Assembly (NCBI GenBank): GCA_002454845.1
Contig: DKJQ01000232.1
Coordinates: 4,819-45,676, forward strand
Direction of reading: 5' to 3'
Length of the DNA stretch: 40,858 nt
DNA from: Ignavibacteria bacterium UBA6688
GTDB taxonomy: Bacteria > Bacteroidota > Ignavibacteria > UBA10030
A program made the position numbers and the translations under genes. Positions 22,528 through 32,113 of the stretch are shown piece after piece (position 1 is the first letter of the stretch; each line of letters starts with the position of its first letter). Under the pieces are notes generated by a model, which was not told where the DNA came from, ran no database searches, and saw only the letters and a program-made list of their open reading frames with translations.

Positions 22528-24879
22528 TCATCCCTCCGGTATCTCCTCGAACCGTACGGTCCCGATCGGATACTTCCTCCAATCTCCGTAATCGAAATGC
22601 CACCATTCCCATTCGTACACATTGAATCCCTCCGCTTCCATGGCCGACCGGAGCAATTCCCGGTGCCACCGTTGAAGTGAAGTGCCGCCGGGATAGTCGG
22701 GGAAGGCCCGGTCGGAAAATTCATCATAACCGCTTACCATATCGACCGGCTTGCCGGTTTTGAGATCATAGAGCGTCAAATCGACCGCACAGCCACGGTT
22801 ATGACGCGACCCTTTTGACGGGTCGGCAACGAAAATCCGCTTGTCTTCCGGTGTCGCATCCCAGAACATTTTGGTCACGTACCAGGGCCGATACCCGTCG
22901 TGGATCATCAATCCGTATCCATGATCCTTCAGCCTTCTCAGCGCACGGACTAACGCCTCTGCCGCGGGACGTTGCAGGAACGCTTTCGCTTCTGAATAGA
23001 ATACGGAGCTCATGAAGTTGTTCTTCGACGCGTACCGTATATCGAATCGAATGGTTGAATCGAGCGTGGAAAGATCGACGAGATCGCTTTTGTAGAATTC
23101 CCCTTCTTCCCGTGGTGGTTGTGCCGCCAGAGCTTCCGACTTCAGTGTCTCGATCGGCTTCAGGGGCCGGATTTTGAAGGTTCCTCCCTCTTCACCGTCG
23201 ATCGCCCTGCGCTGAAATAGAACGCTTGCCGCCTCGACCCCGGTGACTTTCCCACGCGCATTCCGGCGGAAGAACAATTTTTCGCCATGGTATAATCCAT
23301 ACTCCGGAAACGCAAACACATCCTTCGTGATCTCGCGAAGCGGATAGAGATCGAACCACTCTATCAGGCAATACAGCTTTCCCTCTTTTTCAAGGATGTA
23401 AAGAATATTATGATCCCATCCGTACTCCCCGAGAAGTCCCTTCCAACGATCCGGGACCGGAGATGGTTTCTGTTCTGGCGTTCGTATCAGAGTATCTTGA
23501 CCCAGCACGAGGGCATCGGAGGAAAGCATGAGGAAATTCATCCCGACGCTCAACCGATCGTCGGTCACCAGTTGGGAACCGGAAAGTCTGAGCTTCAAAC
23601 CGGTCCGGGAACCAACGGCCGCCAGGAGAGTTCCGTTCCGGTTCATCAGGCGGACACTTCTTCCCCCTTTGGCATAGAGTCCTGCCAGGTCTGCGGCATC
23701 TTTCGGGTGTATCGGAAATGTCGGCTGAATGACGGGCCGCGCCTCCCCTTCCCTGTAGGCCAGAAGAAAATGAAATGCATAGTTCGCGATCCTCTCCAGC
23801 ACAGGGTTGATCGCATCGACAGATGCCATCAGGACAATACCGAGTTTCTCTTCCGGGAGAGCCGCGAGCTCCGTGCTAAAGCCATACACTGCTCCGCCAT
23901 GCCCAACACGCAGGTAGCCTTCGAAATCGGACACGGCAAAACCGATTCCGAATCCCGACCGTTGATCCACCGGAACAAACTGCGGCACCCACATTCGTGC
24001 GAGGGTCGGGGGGTTCAGCAAGCGCCCCGTTTCCCCGATCCCGCCGTTGAAAAGCATGGCAAGAAATTTTCCAAGGTCGATCACGTTCGAGTATAGATTT
24101 CCAGCCGGCCCCGTTCCCAAGGGGAACGTCGGGGCGGGAAACGTTCGACCGTCGACTGTCCACATCGTCCCTTGGGCAAGATGATCCCGGACCTTTGCCG
24201 TACGGACGAACGAACTAGCCTCCATTCCCAGGCGATCAAGGACGGCTTCCTGAATGTACTGCTCAAACTTTTTCTCCTTCAACGTCTCAAGCACCAGGCC
24301 GACTGTCGCCACTCCCGCGTTCGAATACTTGGTGCGGGTTCCCGGTTCATAGACCAGGGTTGTCCGATTCAGGCTTTGAACTGTGGTAGCCAGCGACGGC
24401 TGGCCGGGATCGAAGTAGTGCCCCACAGGGGACTCCCGGACCAGTCCCGACCGGTGCGACATCAGGTGCCGGAGTGTGATCTGCTTTTGGAACGGATTGC
24501 GAGGTTTGAATGCAGGCAGATAGCGTGTCATCGGGGCATCAAGGTCGATCTCACCCTGTTCCACAAGCTGCATGATGGCGATATCGGTGAAGAGGTTCGA
24601 GACGGAGCCGGCGCGGTAGGAGGTTTCGTACGTTGCCGGGATTTTCTTTTCCTCGTCGGCGTACCCGAACCCTTCCGCCCAGATGATGGTCTGGTCGTCG
24701 ACCAGGGCAATCGAAAGTGCGGGAATGTTCTTGTCTTCTATCTCATGCTGGATGAACTCGCGCAGGGTCGCAATAACGGGACGGTAATCCTCCACCCTCT
24801 CTTGTCCGGGTAAAACTCCGGGCATCATGAAAGACAAGAGTATCCACGCGCGCAACAATTCCGTGAACCATCGATGCAT
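22528..24879 (-). CDS. Exported fusion protein: N-terminal beta-lactamase/DD-peptidase-fold serine hydrolase domain plus C-terminal D-Ala-D-Ala dipeptidase (VanX/DdpX, peptidase M15D)
   Basis: The ORF track extends to 24972. I prefer the ATG at 24879, which has AAGGAG upstream and gives signal peptide MHRWFTELLRAWILLSFMMPGVLPG. N-domain motifs are GSVSNLFT (SxxK position reads SxxN), YSN and HGG. C-domain motifs are IRFDIRYAS, SRHNRGCAVD and EWEWWHFDY. Confidence 0.85.
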   Translation of the reverse strand: MHRWFTELLRAWILLSFMMPGVLPGQERVEDYRPVIATLREFIQHEIEDKNIPALSIALVDDQTIIWAEGFGYADEEKKIPATYETSYRAGSVSNLFTDIAIMQLVEQGEIDLDAPMTRYLPAFKPRNPFQKQITLRHLMSHRSGLVRESPVGHYFDPGQPSLATTVQSLNRTTLVYEPGTRTKYSNAGVATVGLVLETLKEKKFEQYIQEAVLDRLGMEASSFVRTAKVRDHLAQGTMWTVDGRTFPAPTFPLGTGPAGNLYSNVIDLGKFLAMLFNGGIGETGRLLNPPTLARMWVPQFVPVDQRSGFGIGFAVSDFEGYLRVGHGGAVYGFSTELAALPEEKLGIVLMASVDAINPVLERIANYAFHFLLAYREGEARPVIQPTFPIHPKDAADLAGLYAKGGRSVRLMNRNGTLLAAVGSRTGLKLRLSGSQLVTDDRLSVGMNFLMLSSDALVLGQDTLIRTPEQKPSPVPDRWKGLLGEYGWDHNILYILEKEGKLYCLIEWFDLYPLREITKDVFAFPEYGLYHGEKLFFRRNARGKVTGVEAASVLFQRRAIDGEEGGTFKIRPLKPIETLKSEALAAQPPREEGEFYKSDLVDLSTLDSTIRFDIRYASKNNFMSSVFYSEAKAFLQRPAAEALVRALRRLKDHGYGLMIHDGYRPWYVTKMFWDATPEDKRIFVADPSKGSRHNRGCAVDLTLYDLKTGKPVDMVSGYDEFSDRAFPDYPGGTSLQRWHRELLRSAMEAEGFNVYEWEWWHFDYGDWRKYPIGTVRFEEIPEG

Positions 24880-24905
24880 ACTGTTTCTCCTTTGATTAAA
24901 AACGA

Positions 24906-25760
24906 CTAAAAACCGAGAACGCTTTTCATCATCATTAACAACGGTTGGATCTCCCGGTTCCAATATTGCCAATTGTGTCCGCCCGGTGTTTCGTGGTATT
25001 CATACCGCACCCCGGAGGACCGGAGCATGTTGGTCACGATTCTGTGAGCAGGGAGGAAATCGCGAAACCCGTCATGGGTCCCGATGACGAAGTAGAAGTA
25101 GGGAAGAGAATCGCGGATGGTTTTTTGAGCGAGAAGCATGACGTCATGCCGGTTCTGAAAATCGACATCCCTCTCACCGAACGCCCGTCGCAGGCTCGGC
25201 AGCAAGTTCCGCCCCGGGGTACGAAGAGTATCCGCCATTGCACCCGGATAGCTGAGAGCTCCGCTCAATGATCCTGCAAATTGAAACCGGGTCGGGTGTT
25301 TCATGGCAAGCATGATCGCACCATACCCGCCCATGGAAAGACCGGCAATCCCCTGTTTCATCGTATCGATCGGGTACCGTTGCCGGATAAAACGGTGAAG
25401 ATCATGCACCACATAGTCTTCGAAGCGGTCCTGTTCCACCGTTGCAGAGTTGACATACCATGAGTTCTCCGCGTCCGGCATGACAATAATCAAGGGAAGC
25501 CTGCCGGCATACATGGCAAGTTTCGTCAGCTTCGTCCAGTTGGTGTGATCACCGCTGTATCCATGCAGCAGGTAGAGCACCGGGTAGCGGACTTGAGGGT
25601 TGTAGGATTCGGGGAGAAGGAGCGTAATGCTCTTTGTTCTGCCGAGACTGGAAACAAAAAAGCTATCAACGCGGACGGAGGACTGCGCCCAGGCAGGCTC
25701 GCTTCCGAGAAACAGGAGTGTAAGACAGAGGACGCTCAGCAGGATGAATTTTCGGGGCAT
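24906..25760 (-). CDS. Secreted alpha/beta-hydrolase esterase (esterase D / putative esterase family)
   Basis: I prefer the ATG at 25760 (MPRKFILLSVLCLTLLFLGSEPAWAQ) over 25862, which would overlap the upstream gene. Motifs are YPVLYLLHGYSGDHTNW and the nucleophile elbow GLSMGG. Confidence 0.8.
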   Translation of the reverse strand: MPRKFILLSVLCLTLLFLGSEPAWAQSSVRVDSFFVSSLGRTKSITLLLPESYNPQVRYPVLYLLHGYSGDHTNWTKLTKLAMYAGRLPLIIVMPDAENSWYVNSATVEQDRFEDYVVHDLHRFIRQRYPIDTMKQGIAGLSMGGYGAIMLAMKHPTRFQFAGSLSGALSYPGAMADTLRTPGRNLLPSLRRAFGERDVDFQNRHDVMLLAQKTIRDSLPYFYFVIGTHDGFRDFLPAHRIVTNMLRSSGVRYEYHETPGGHNWQYWNREIQPLLMMMKSVLGF

Positions 25761-25789
25761 ACGTTTACAGGAATTGTTTGATCGAAGGT

Positions 25790-27946
25790 TTAAAGCATGC
25801 CGCTTCGCTTTCGCAGAATCCATTCCAGGGCGAAAAGGGTGAGGACCAGCGCCAGCATCCATCCTTTATTCCAGAGCTCGATCTCCCTTGACTCGACCAC
25901 CTCCCGCGGCCGGAAGCCCGGCAGCGCGGCAATATCATCGGCAAGCGTTTCCATCGCCGACGGCTCATAGTACTTTCCCCCGGTCCTGGTTGCCAGTTGC
26001 TGCAACAGCAATGTATTCATCCGCGTCTCCTGAAACTCAGCATTGGACCCGCCGACGGAAAATGTTCCGCGCTCCTCTGTCAGCGGACGACCACCCGAGC
26101 TTACAATCGCCGAAAACGAGTAATCCCCTTCTTCCAATTGTTCGATCGCGCCTTCATACCGGCCGTTCCCCAACGGGTTGAGCGAAAGCTGGCTTTCGCT
26201 GCTGCCTCGCGTGACCTTGACCTGGATTTCTGCATCCTCTATGGGAACGTAGGTTTGATCGTAGACTTGTCCTGTGAATTCCACTGGTTCCTGATTTTCA
26301 AACAGCTCTTTGACCGTTGCAACCCGGACAGGACGGTCATCCTCCCGCGTTGTCAGCCAGCGGACGGTATTGCTGAAAAATTCCTCCACAAGGGTTTGCG
26401 CCCCGGGGATGGAGCCGGAAAGCAGCGACCACCGCCAGAGGCCGTACCCAAGGAGCGCCGCGCTTTTTCGCCGGTTCACGCTGCGGGCCACCAGGAGGGG
26501 TTCGTTGGTCGTTACCGATTGGACACGCGTCAGCCCTAAAACATCCGCCTCCGGTTTCGCCTTAAAGAGGGCTCCGCTCACAAACAACGGGGGAAGTTGC
26601 GCCCAGACTTCCGGAGATGCGGTTGTTTTCAACAGTGAATTGTTTCGCACCATCTCCGGGATGGAGAGAAATACCTGCTGTTCATCGAAGGAGGAGCGCT
26701 GCACCGTGAACGGAAGGACCGGATCCATCCTGCGTAATTTCTCGGGATCGACCGTCCGGCTCATGACCAAAAGAAGTCCTTTTCCCGCTGCAACACCCGC
26801 TGCAATCGCAGACATGCCGGCCTCTGAACTGGTCGGTCCGGGAAACCCAACGGCCACGATGCAGTCCGTTTCCAGGAATGTATTGGCCGAGACAACGCCT
26901 TCATAGAATTGTCCATCCTTCCGCTCGATGAACGATCGCACTTCGATGTTGCCATCCTGTTCGAGGGCGCGCCGGATGAAAGCGACATCGGGACCCGGGG
27001 CGCCGGCAACGAGGGTCACTTTCATTTTGCTCTTGAGAACTCTTGTAAAGAACAGCGACCGGTTGTTCTGGATTGCGACCTCGCCGGGAAGTTGGGATAC
27101 TTCAACGATCATACGGCGGGTCCCTTCTTCTTCCGCGATGAAACTCATCGCAACCGCATACTCCCGGGTCCCCGGCTGCAGGGTCAGGGTTCGCCGGTCG
27201 AGGACACCCGAAGGCCCCCGCAGAAGTACCTCAACCCGTTGGCCGGTGTAGCCGGAGCTTGAGATGGTTGCATTCACCGGCACCCTGTTCCCGACGTACG
27301 TGATCGAATTGGTAGCGACTCTCCGCACGAGCACGTCCTGCTGCTCGCTTGTATCCCCGATGCCAATCGTGAAAACAGGGATGCCGAGTTCTTCGGCTTC
27401 GAACAAGGGGCTGGGGCCCGTTGTGGCATTTCCATCGCTGACAACAAGAATTGCCTGTACATTGCCTTTTCCTGCTTCCTCATTTGCGCGTTTCAGGGCC
27501 TGACCGAGGTCCGTTCCCTCCCCTGCAAACGTCAGGGAATCCGGATGACCTCCGGACAGAAACCTGGTACGGGTATCGAAGATTCCGTACCGGACATGCC
27601 CAAGTCGATCCAGGTTCTGAACGGCAGAAGATTGAAGCACAGCCCTGGTGTTGGTCCGGCGGTCGCCGGCCTTGTCGCTGAGGGTCATGCTCTTTGAATC
27701 ATCGGCAAGGAGTATCACGGTGGGAGGATCGTCTGTGCGGCGAAGCAGGGAAAGGAGCGGCTCGGCGAGAAGGAGAACAATACAAAACACCCCAAGTCCG
27801 CGGAGGGCGATAAGTGTTATTTTGAGATTACGCGAAATTGGTGGGACGGTAAATCGGTAGACATACAATGCGAGCAGGAGCGCGACCACGCCGCCGGCAA
27901 CAACCAGCAGAATATTGATCGATGTAGTAAAATGAATTTCCGGCAT
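25790..27946 (-). CDS. BatA-like double-TM / VWA-domain membrane protein with C-terminal TM anchor
   Basis: 718 aa. There are two N-terminal TM helices (ILLVVAGGVVALLLALYVY, LRGLGVFCIVLLLAEPLL). A MIDAS-like motif follows: VILLADDSKSM ... ILVVSDGNATTG. The C-terminal anchor is WMLALVLTLFALEWILRKRSG. Confidence 0.7.
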   Translation of the reverse strand: MPEIHFTTSINILLVVAGGVVALLLALYVYRFTVPPISRNLKITLIALRGLGVFCIVLLLAEPLLSLLRRTDDPPTVILLADDSKSMTLSDKAGDRRTNTRAVLQSSAVQNLDRLGHVRYGIFDTRTRFLSGGHPDSLTFAGEGTDLGQALKRANEEAGKGNVQAILVVSDGNATTGPSPLFEAEELGIPVFTIGIGDTSEQQDVLVRRVATNSITYVGNRVPVNATISSSGYTGQRVEVLLRGPSGVLDRRTLTLQPGTREYAVAMSFIAEEEGTRRMIVEVSQLPGEVAIQNNRSLFFTRVLKSKMKVTLVAGAPGPDVAFIRRALEQDGNIEVRSFIERKDGQFYEGVVSANTFLETDCIVAVGFPGPTSSEAGMSAIAAGVAAGKGLLLVMSRTVDPEKLRRMDPVLPFTVQRSSFDEQQVFLSIPEMVRNNSLLKTTASPEVWAQLPPLFVSGALFKAKPEADVLGLTRVQSVTTNEPLLVARSVNRRKSAALLGYGLWRWSLLSGSIPGAQTLVEEFFSNTVRWLTTREDDRPVRVATVKELFENQEPVEFTGQVYDQTYVPIEDAEIQVKVTRGSSESQLSLNPLGNGRYEGAIEQLEEGDYSFSAIVSSGGRPLTEERGTFSVGGSNAEFQETRMNTLLLQQLATRTGGKYYEPSAMETLADDIAALPGFRPREVVESREIELWNKGWMLALVLTLFALEWILRKRSGML

Positions 27947-28004
27947 GGGGAGTTCTGGAAGAGGCCCGATGGTCGTCAGAACCTCGAGAGTCGGCCGACG
28001 ATGG

Positions 28005-29729
28005 TTATTTCAGGTAGAGCATCTTCCCGGAGAGAACGGAGGCCGGGGTGGTGAGGCGATAAAGGTAGAGACCGGTCGCAACCGTTGAGCCGGCATCATC
28101 CAGGCCGTCGTTCCACACGATGCGGTTTTCTCCCGGCCTGCTCACGCCGCGAAACAGAGTCCGTATCCGCTGTCCAAGAGTATTGAACACGACAAGCTCC
28201 ACGGGATGAACACCGGGAGCGCCGAACACAATGGTAGTCCCTGCGTTAAAGGGGTTGGGATAGTTGTGAAACAGAACAAATTCATCCGGCACCGTTGAGA
28301 AGATGAAACCCACGGCTTCCAAAGCGTCGAGCATGCCCGTTCCGGTAAAATTGTTCGGGACCGGCGCGTCGATGGGGCGGGCGGTGGAGATCATCCTCGC
28401 GCGGACTTCCATCGGCGTTAATTCGGGATGAGCGGAAAGAACCAGCGCGGCGACGCCGGCGGCAAGGGGGGTGGAGAAGGACGTTCCGTTCGCGAACGTG
28501 TATCCCCCTTCGCCATACATCGCATAGACACTGACGCCCTGGGCAACGACTTCGGGTTTGACACGACCGTCGGCAGTCGGACCTGTGGAACTGAACCCCG
28601 CCTTTTCCCCGTCGGAAAAGGAAGCCCCGACGGAGAGGATGCTATCGGCATCCGCGGGCGCAATCATCGTGCCGGTTTCCCGCGTTTGCGCATCGCGATA
28701 GGTTCCCTCGTTCCCCATTGCTGTGACCAGGAGAATCCCTTTTCGTGCAAGGATACGCGCGGCATTCGTCGTGGTCGCCGTCTTACCGTCCAGATCGGCG
28801 TAGGTGTACCAATCGATGTACCCGAGAGAACTGGAGATAATATCCGCCCCATTCCGTTCCAGCCATTCAAGACCTTCGATGTAGAGATCCTCCTCGACCT
28901 GGATTTCCACGCTGTCGATTTCCGTTTTGGCAAGAAGGAAGGACGCGCCGTACGCCGCACCAATCAGTTTTCCTTCTTCATATCCCCCTACCACGGAGAG
29001 CGTACCGGCGCCATGGTTTCCCTGTCCGGAATACTCCCCCGGCGCGCGCATCGTATTGTCGTCCCGCTGGATGAAATCGTACTCCGCCAGCACGTTGATA
29101 TTTCGCAGGGCGGGGTGCACACGATGCTCGCTGAATCCATCGTCGATCATTCCGATGATCACACCCTGACCGGTGATCCCTTTCGCATGGACCTCCACGA
29201 CATTGATACTGTTCAATTGAACGAAGGAAGTACCGTACTCGGGAACGGCTGTCCCGCCACGTTTTTGAAGCGAGAACGGCGGGCCGATCGGAGAAATTTC
29301 CGGTCGTTGTTTTTTGAAGACCGCCACCGGCTGAACTGAGGCAACCCATGGGAGGGTGTGAAGGGATTCAAGTTGACGGGGATTGATTTCGACGGAGACT
29401 GCGTTGAACCAGCGTGAGGTCGATCGAACGCGGACCCCCTGCGCACGAAGAAGTTGGAGGTACCGGTCGGCGACAGGCAGATCTCGTTCGTCGAGAAGGC
29501 GGTTCTGCGGGAGAACCTTCGCCCTCCGCCATAGCGCACGGTCGGTGATTCCAAGCCTGTGGGCGAAGGAACGTGTTTGCTGCAGCACTTGCTCCTCGCC
29601 ACGGTCGCGGAAGGTAATCCAGTACCGCTGTGATTGCGCGAGACTTTCTCCGGTTGCACCCAGGAACAACCAGCAGGCAAGAATGGCGGGGAAAGCTCTG
29701 ATCGTCTTCGTCAATCCTCTCATCGTCAT
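28005..29729 (-). CDS. S8 family subtilisin-like serine peptidase with T9SS C-terminal sorting domain
   Basis: 574 aa with a signal peptide. Triad regions are VIIGMIDDGF (Asp), GNHGAGTLS (His) and NGTSFSTPLAAG (Ser). The N-terminal region is propeptide-like (YWITFRDRGEE). The C-terminus is NYPNPFNAGTTIVFGAPG...TGLYLYRLTTPASVLSGKMLYLK. An alternative start lies 2 codons downstream. Confidence 0.85.
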   Translation of the reverse strand: MTMRGLTKTIRAFPAILACWLFLGATGESLAQSQRYWITFRDRGEEQVLQQTRSFAHRLGITDRALWRRAKVLPQNRLLDERDLPVADRYLQLLRAQGVRVRSTSRWFNAVSVEINPRQLESLHTLPWVASVQPVAVFKKQRPEISPIGPPFSLQKRGGTAVPEYGTSFVQLNSINVVEVHAKGITGQGVIIGMIDDGFSEHRVHPALRNINVLAEYDFIQRDDNTMRAPGEYSGQGNHGAGTLSVVGGYEEGKLIGAAYGASFLLAKTEIDSVEIQVEEDLYIEGLEWLERNGADIISSSLGYIDWYTYADLDGKTATTTNAARILARKGILLVTAMGNEGTYRDAQTRETGTMIAPADADSILSVGASFSDGEKAGFSSTGPTADGRVKPEVVAQGVSVYAMYGEGGYTFANGTSFSTPLAAGVAALVLSAHPELTPMEVRARMISTARPIDAPVPNNFTGTGMLDALEAVGFIFSTVPDEFVLFHNYPNPFNAGTTIVFGAPGVHPVELVVFNTLGQRIRTLFRGVSRPGENRIVWNDGLDDAGSTVATGLYLYRLTTPASVLSGKMLYLK

Positions 29730-29770
29730 CCTTCGTTATTTGACGTCCGCACTCTCCCGGACGGACTCAC

Positions 29771-30763
29771 TCAATCGGCGGCCGCCAACAGCTTCTCGAT
29801 GATCTGCACTGTCGAGACTCCTTCTGCTTCAGCGTTAAAGCTCGAGACAATCCGGTGTCGGAGCACCGGGCCTGCAAGCGCCTTCACATCATCGATATCG
29901 GGTGTATGTCTCCCCGCAAGAATCGCCCGGGTCTTGGCGCCCAAAATAAGGTACTGCGAAGCGCGCGGGCCCGCCCCCCACCGGATCCAATTCTTGACGA
30001 ACGACGGCGCTTCGGGGGACTGGGGTCTGGTCTTGTTGACGAGGGTGACGGCAAACTGAATCACGTTGTCGGCCACCGGGACTCGTCGAACCAGTTCTTG
30101 GAATGCAACGATCTCTCCGGCATTCAAGACATGCCGGAGCTCGGGTTGATAGGGACTTGTGGTTGCCTTGACGATTGCGACTTCTTCGGCGAACGACGGG
30201 TAATCAAGCCAGAGGTTGAACATAAACCGGTCAAGTTGCGCTTCAGGGAGGGGGTAAGTCCCCTCCTGTTCGATCGGATTCTGGGTTGCAAGGACGAAGA
30301 ACGGTTCTTCGAGGGTGTACGTATGTCCCGCCGCCGTCACATGGTGTTCCTGCATGGATTCCAGCAGTGCGGCCTGCGTTTTTGGGGGGGTGCGGTTGAT
30401 CTCGTCCGCGAGGATAATGTTGGCAAACACGGGTCCGTGGACGAATTTAAACGATTTTCCTCCGGTGGAAACGTTCTCTTCGATGATTTCCGTCCCCGTG
30501 ATATCGCTCGGCATAAGGTCCGGTGTAAACTGGATGCGGCTGAACTTGAGATCGAGCGCTTCCGACAGTGTTTTGATCAGGAGCGTCTTGGCAAGCCCCG
30601 GCACTCCGACTAATAGGCAGTGCCCCCTTGCCAGCAACGCGATCAGGAGGTGTTCCACCACCTGGTCCTGGCCGACGATTACTTTCGCAATCTCCGTGCG
30701 GATATTCCTGTACCCCTGCGCGAGTGCGCGAACCTCCTCGACGTCATTCGTTTGTTTTGGCAC
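29771..30763 (-). CDS. moxR: MoxR-family AAA+ ATPase
   Basis: 330 aa, GTG start with GGAAGG upstream. Walker A is LLVGVPGLAKT. The sequence continues RIQFTPDLMPSDITGTEI and LADEINRTPPKTQAALLESMQE. Confidence 0.9.
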   Translation of the reverse strand: MPKQTNDVEEVRALAQGYRNIRTEIAKVIVGQDQVVEHLLIALLARGHCLLVGVPGLAKTLLIKTLSEALDLKFSRIQFTPDLMPSDITGTEIIEENVSTGGKSFKFVHGPVFANIILADEINRTPPKTQAALLESMQEHHVTAAGHTYTLEEPFFVLATQNPIEQEGTYPLPEAQLDRFMFNLWLDYPSFAEEVAIVKATTSPYQPELRHVLNAGEIVAFQELVRRVPVADNVIQFAVTLVNKTRPQSPEAPSFVKNWIRWGAGPRASQYLILGAKTRAILAGRHTPDIDDVKALAGPVLRHRIVSSFNAEAEGVSTVQIIEKLLAAAD

Positions 30764-30826
30764 GTGCGCCTTCCTGCTGTCGTGGAATCGTTTCCTCTGG
30801 TGTTCTTCCCCGGCCTTCCGGAAGCC

Positions 30827-32113
30827 TTACAACCGGATCTCCCAATAGATTGACCTCTTCAATTCCTCCACCCATTCCGTATTGAGTCGGTTCCGCTTGA
30901 CGAACAGGGCCATCTGTTCCACGCGTTTATAATCGTCCTGCAGGTTCATGGCATGAGCCGCCACCCGCCGTCGGACATAAATGATCTGGTATCCGTAAGA
31001 AGCGCGCACGGGTACGCGGTGCGGCTCGGTGATTTCCCCTTCTTTCAGGTTCTTGACGACGCCGGCAAACGCCTCTTCCAGTTGGTCGACCGCGACGCGA
31101 CCGAGGTCTCCGCCGATCGATTTTGTCTCCTCATCCTCAGAGTACTTCCGTGCGAGCTCGGCGAAGGATTCCCCTTTCAGCGCCCGCCCCCGCAATAACC
31201 GGAGCTGCTCCACAGCCGCGGAATCGCTCTCCGGTCCCTGCTGGATACGCAGAAGGATATGCCGTGAATTCACCGTTTCTCCCCGCCGCTCGATCAACTG
31301 CACAATGTGATATCCGAAATCGGTTTTAAAGACTTTTGAGACTTCCTTCTCTTTCAGCGAAAAGACCGCCTCTTCAAATTCGGGGACGAACACCACTCCC
31401 CGTTTTGCCCAACCAAGATCGCCCCCACCGGCCGCGCTCCCATCCTGCGAGTACCGCCTGGCAAAATCCGCAAAATCACCCCCCGCAACAATGCTGTCGC
31501 GAATGACGGTCAGCGTGCGACGGGTCGTTTCTTCCTGGGTGGTATCGGGCTTCGGTTTCAAAAAGATATGGCTCAATTCCAATTCTTCCGGGACGGACGG
31601 CAGGCTGTCCTTATAGGCCTCATAGAATTCCTCCACCTCCCTTCGCGAGACAAGCATCGAGGCCTCGCGCTGCTGCCGGATACGCTGGATGAGCAACTGC
31701 TTCTTCATCTCAGGTCTGTATTCCCGTTTCAGCCGGCTGACCGGCTTCCCGTACAGCTCCTCGACACGTTGTTCGGAGCCTGCTTGCCGGATGATGTTCT
31801 GAAACTGCTGGTCCAGCGTACGCGTCACTTCCTCTTCGGTCACCGTGACGCTGTCCAGGATCGCCTGGGCAAGGATCAGCTTTTCCGAGACCATCGATTC
31901 CAGAACCTGCTTTTTCAGTCCGGGGTCGGCGGCGTCGAGGCGATTCTGCATCGCTATCATGGCAAGACGCTCCGCCACGTCACTCTCCGTGATGATCTCC
32001 TTGTCGACCACCGCGGCGACCTTGTCGATCAACACCTGGGCACGGAGCTGCTGCGTACCCCCCAGCATCACAACGATGAACCCTGCAACAATGGTTCTGA
32101 CCATCATACTCAT
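30827..32113 (-). CDS. surA: SurA-like periplasmic chaperone / peptidyl-prolyl isomerase (SurA-N plus two parvulin domains)
   Basis: 428 aa with a signal peptide. Two PpiC-type domains are visible: LSHIFLK...GGDLGWAKRG...FGYHIVQL and SRHILLR...GGDLGRVAVD...YGYQIIYV. An ATGA overlap joins it to the upstream gene. Confidence 0.85.
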   Translation of the reverse strand: MSMMVRTIVAGFIVVMLGGTQQLRAQVLIDKVAAVVDKEIITESDVAERLAMIAMQNRLDAADPGLKKQVLESMVSEKLILAQAILDSVTVTEEEVTRTLDQQFQNIIRQAGSEQRVEELYGKPVSRLKREYRPEMKKQLLIQRIRQQREASMLVSRREVEEFYEAYKDSLPSVPEELELSHIFLKPKPDTTQEETTRRTLTVIRDSIVAGGDFADFARRYSQDGSAAGGGDLGWAKRGVVFVPEFEEAVFSLKEKEVSKVFKTDFGYHIVQLIERRGETVNSRHILLRIQQGPESDSAAVEQLRLLRGRALKGESFAELARKYSEDEETKSIGGDLGRVAVDQLEEAFAGVVKNLKEGEITEPHRVPVRASYGYQIIYVRRRVAAHAMNLQDDYKRVEQMALFVKRNRLNTEWVEELKRSIYWEIRL

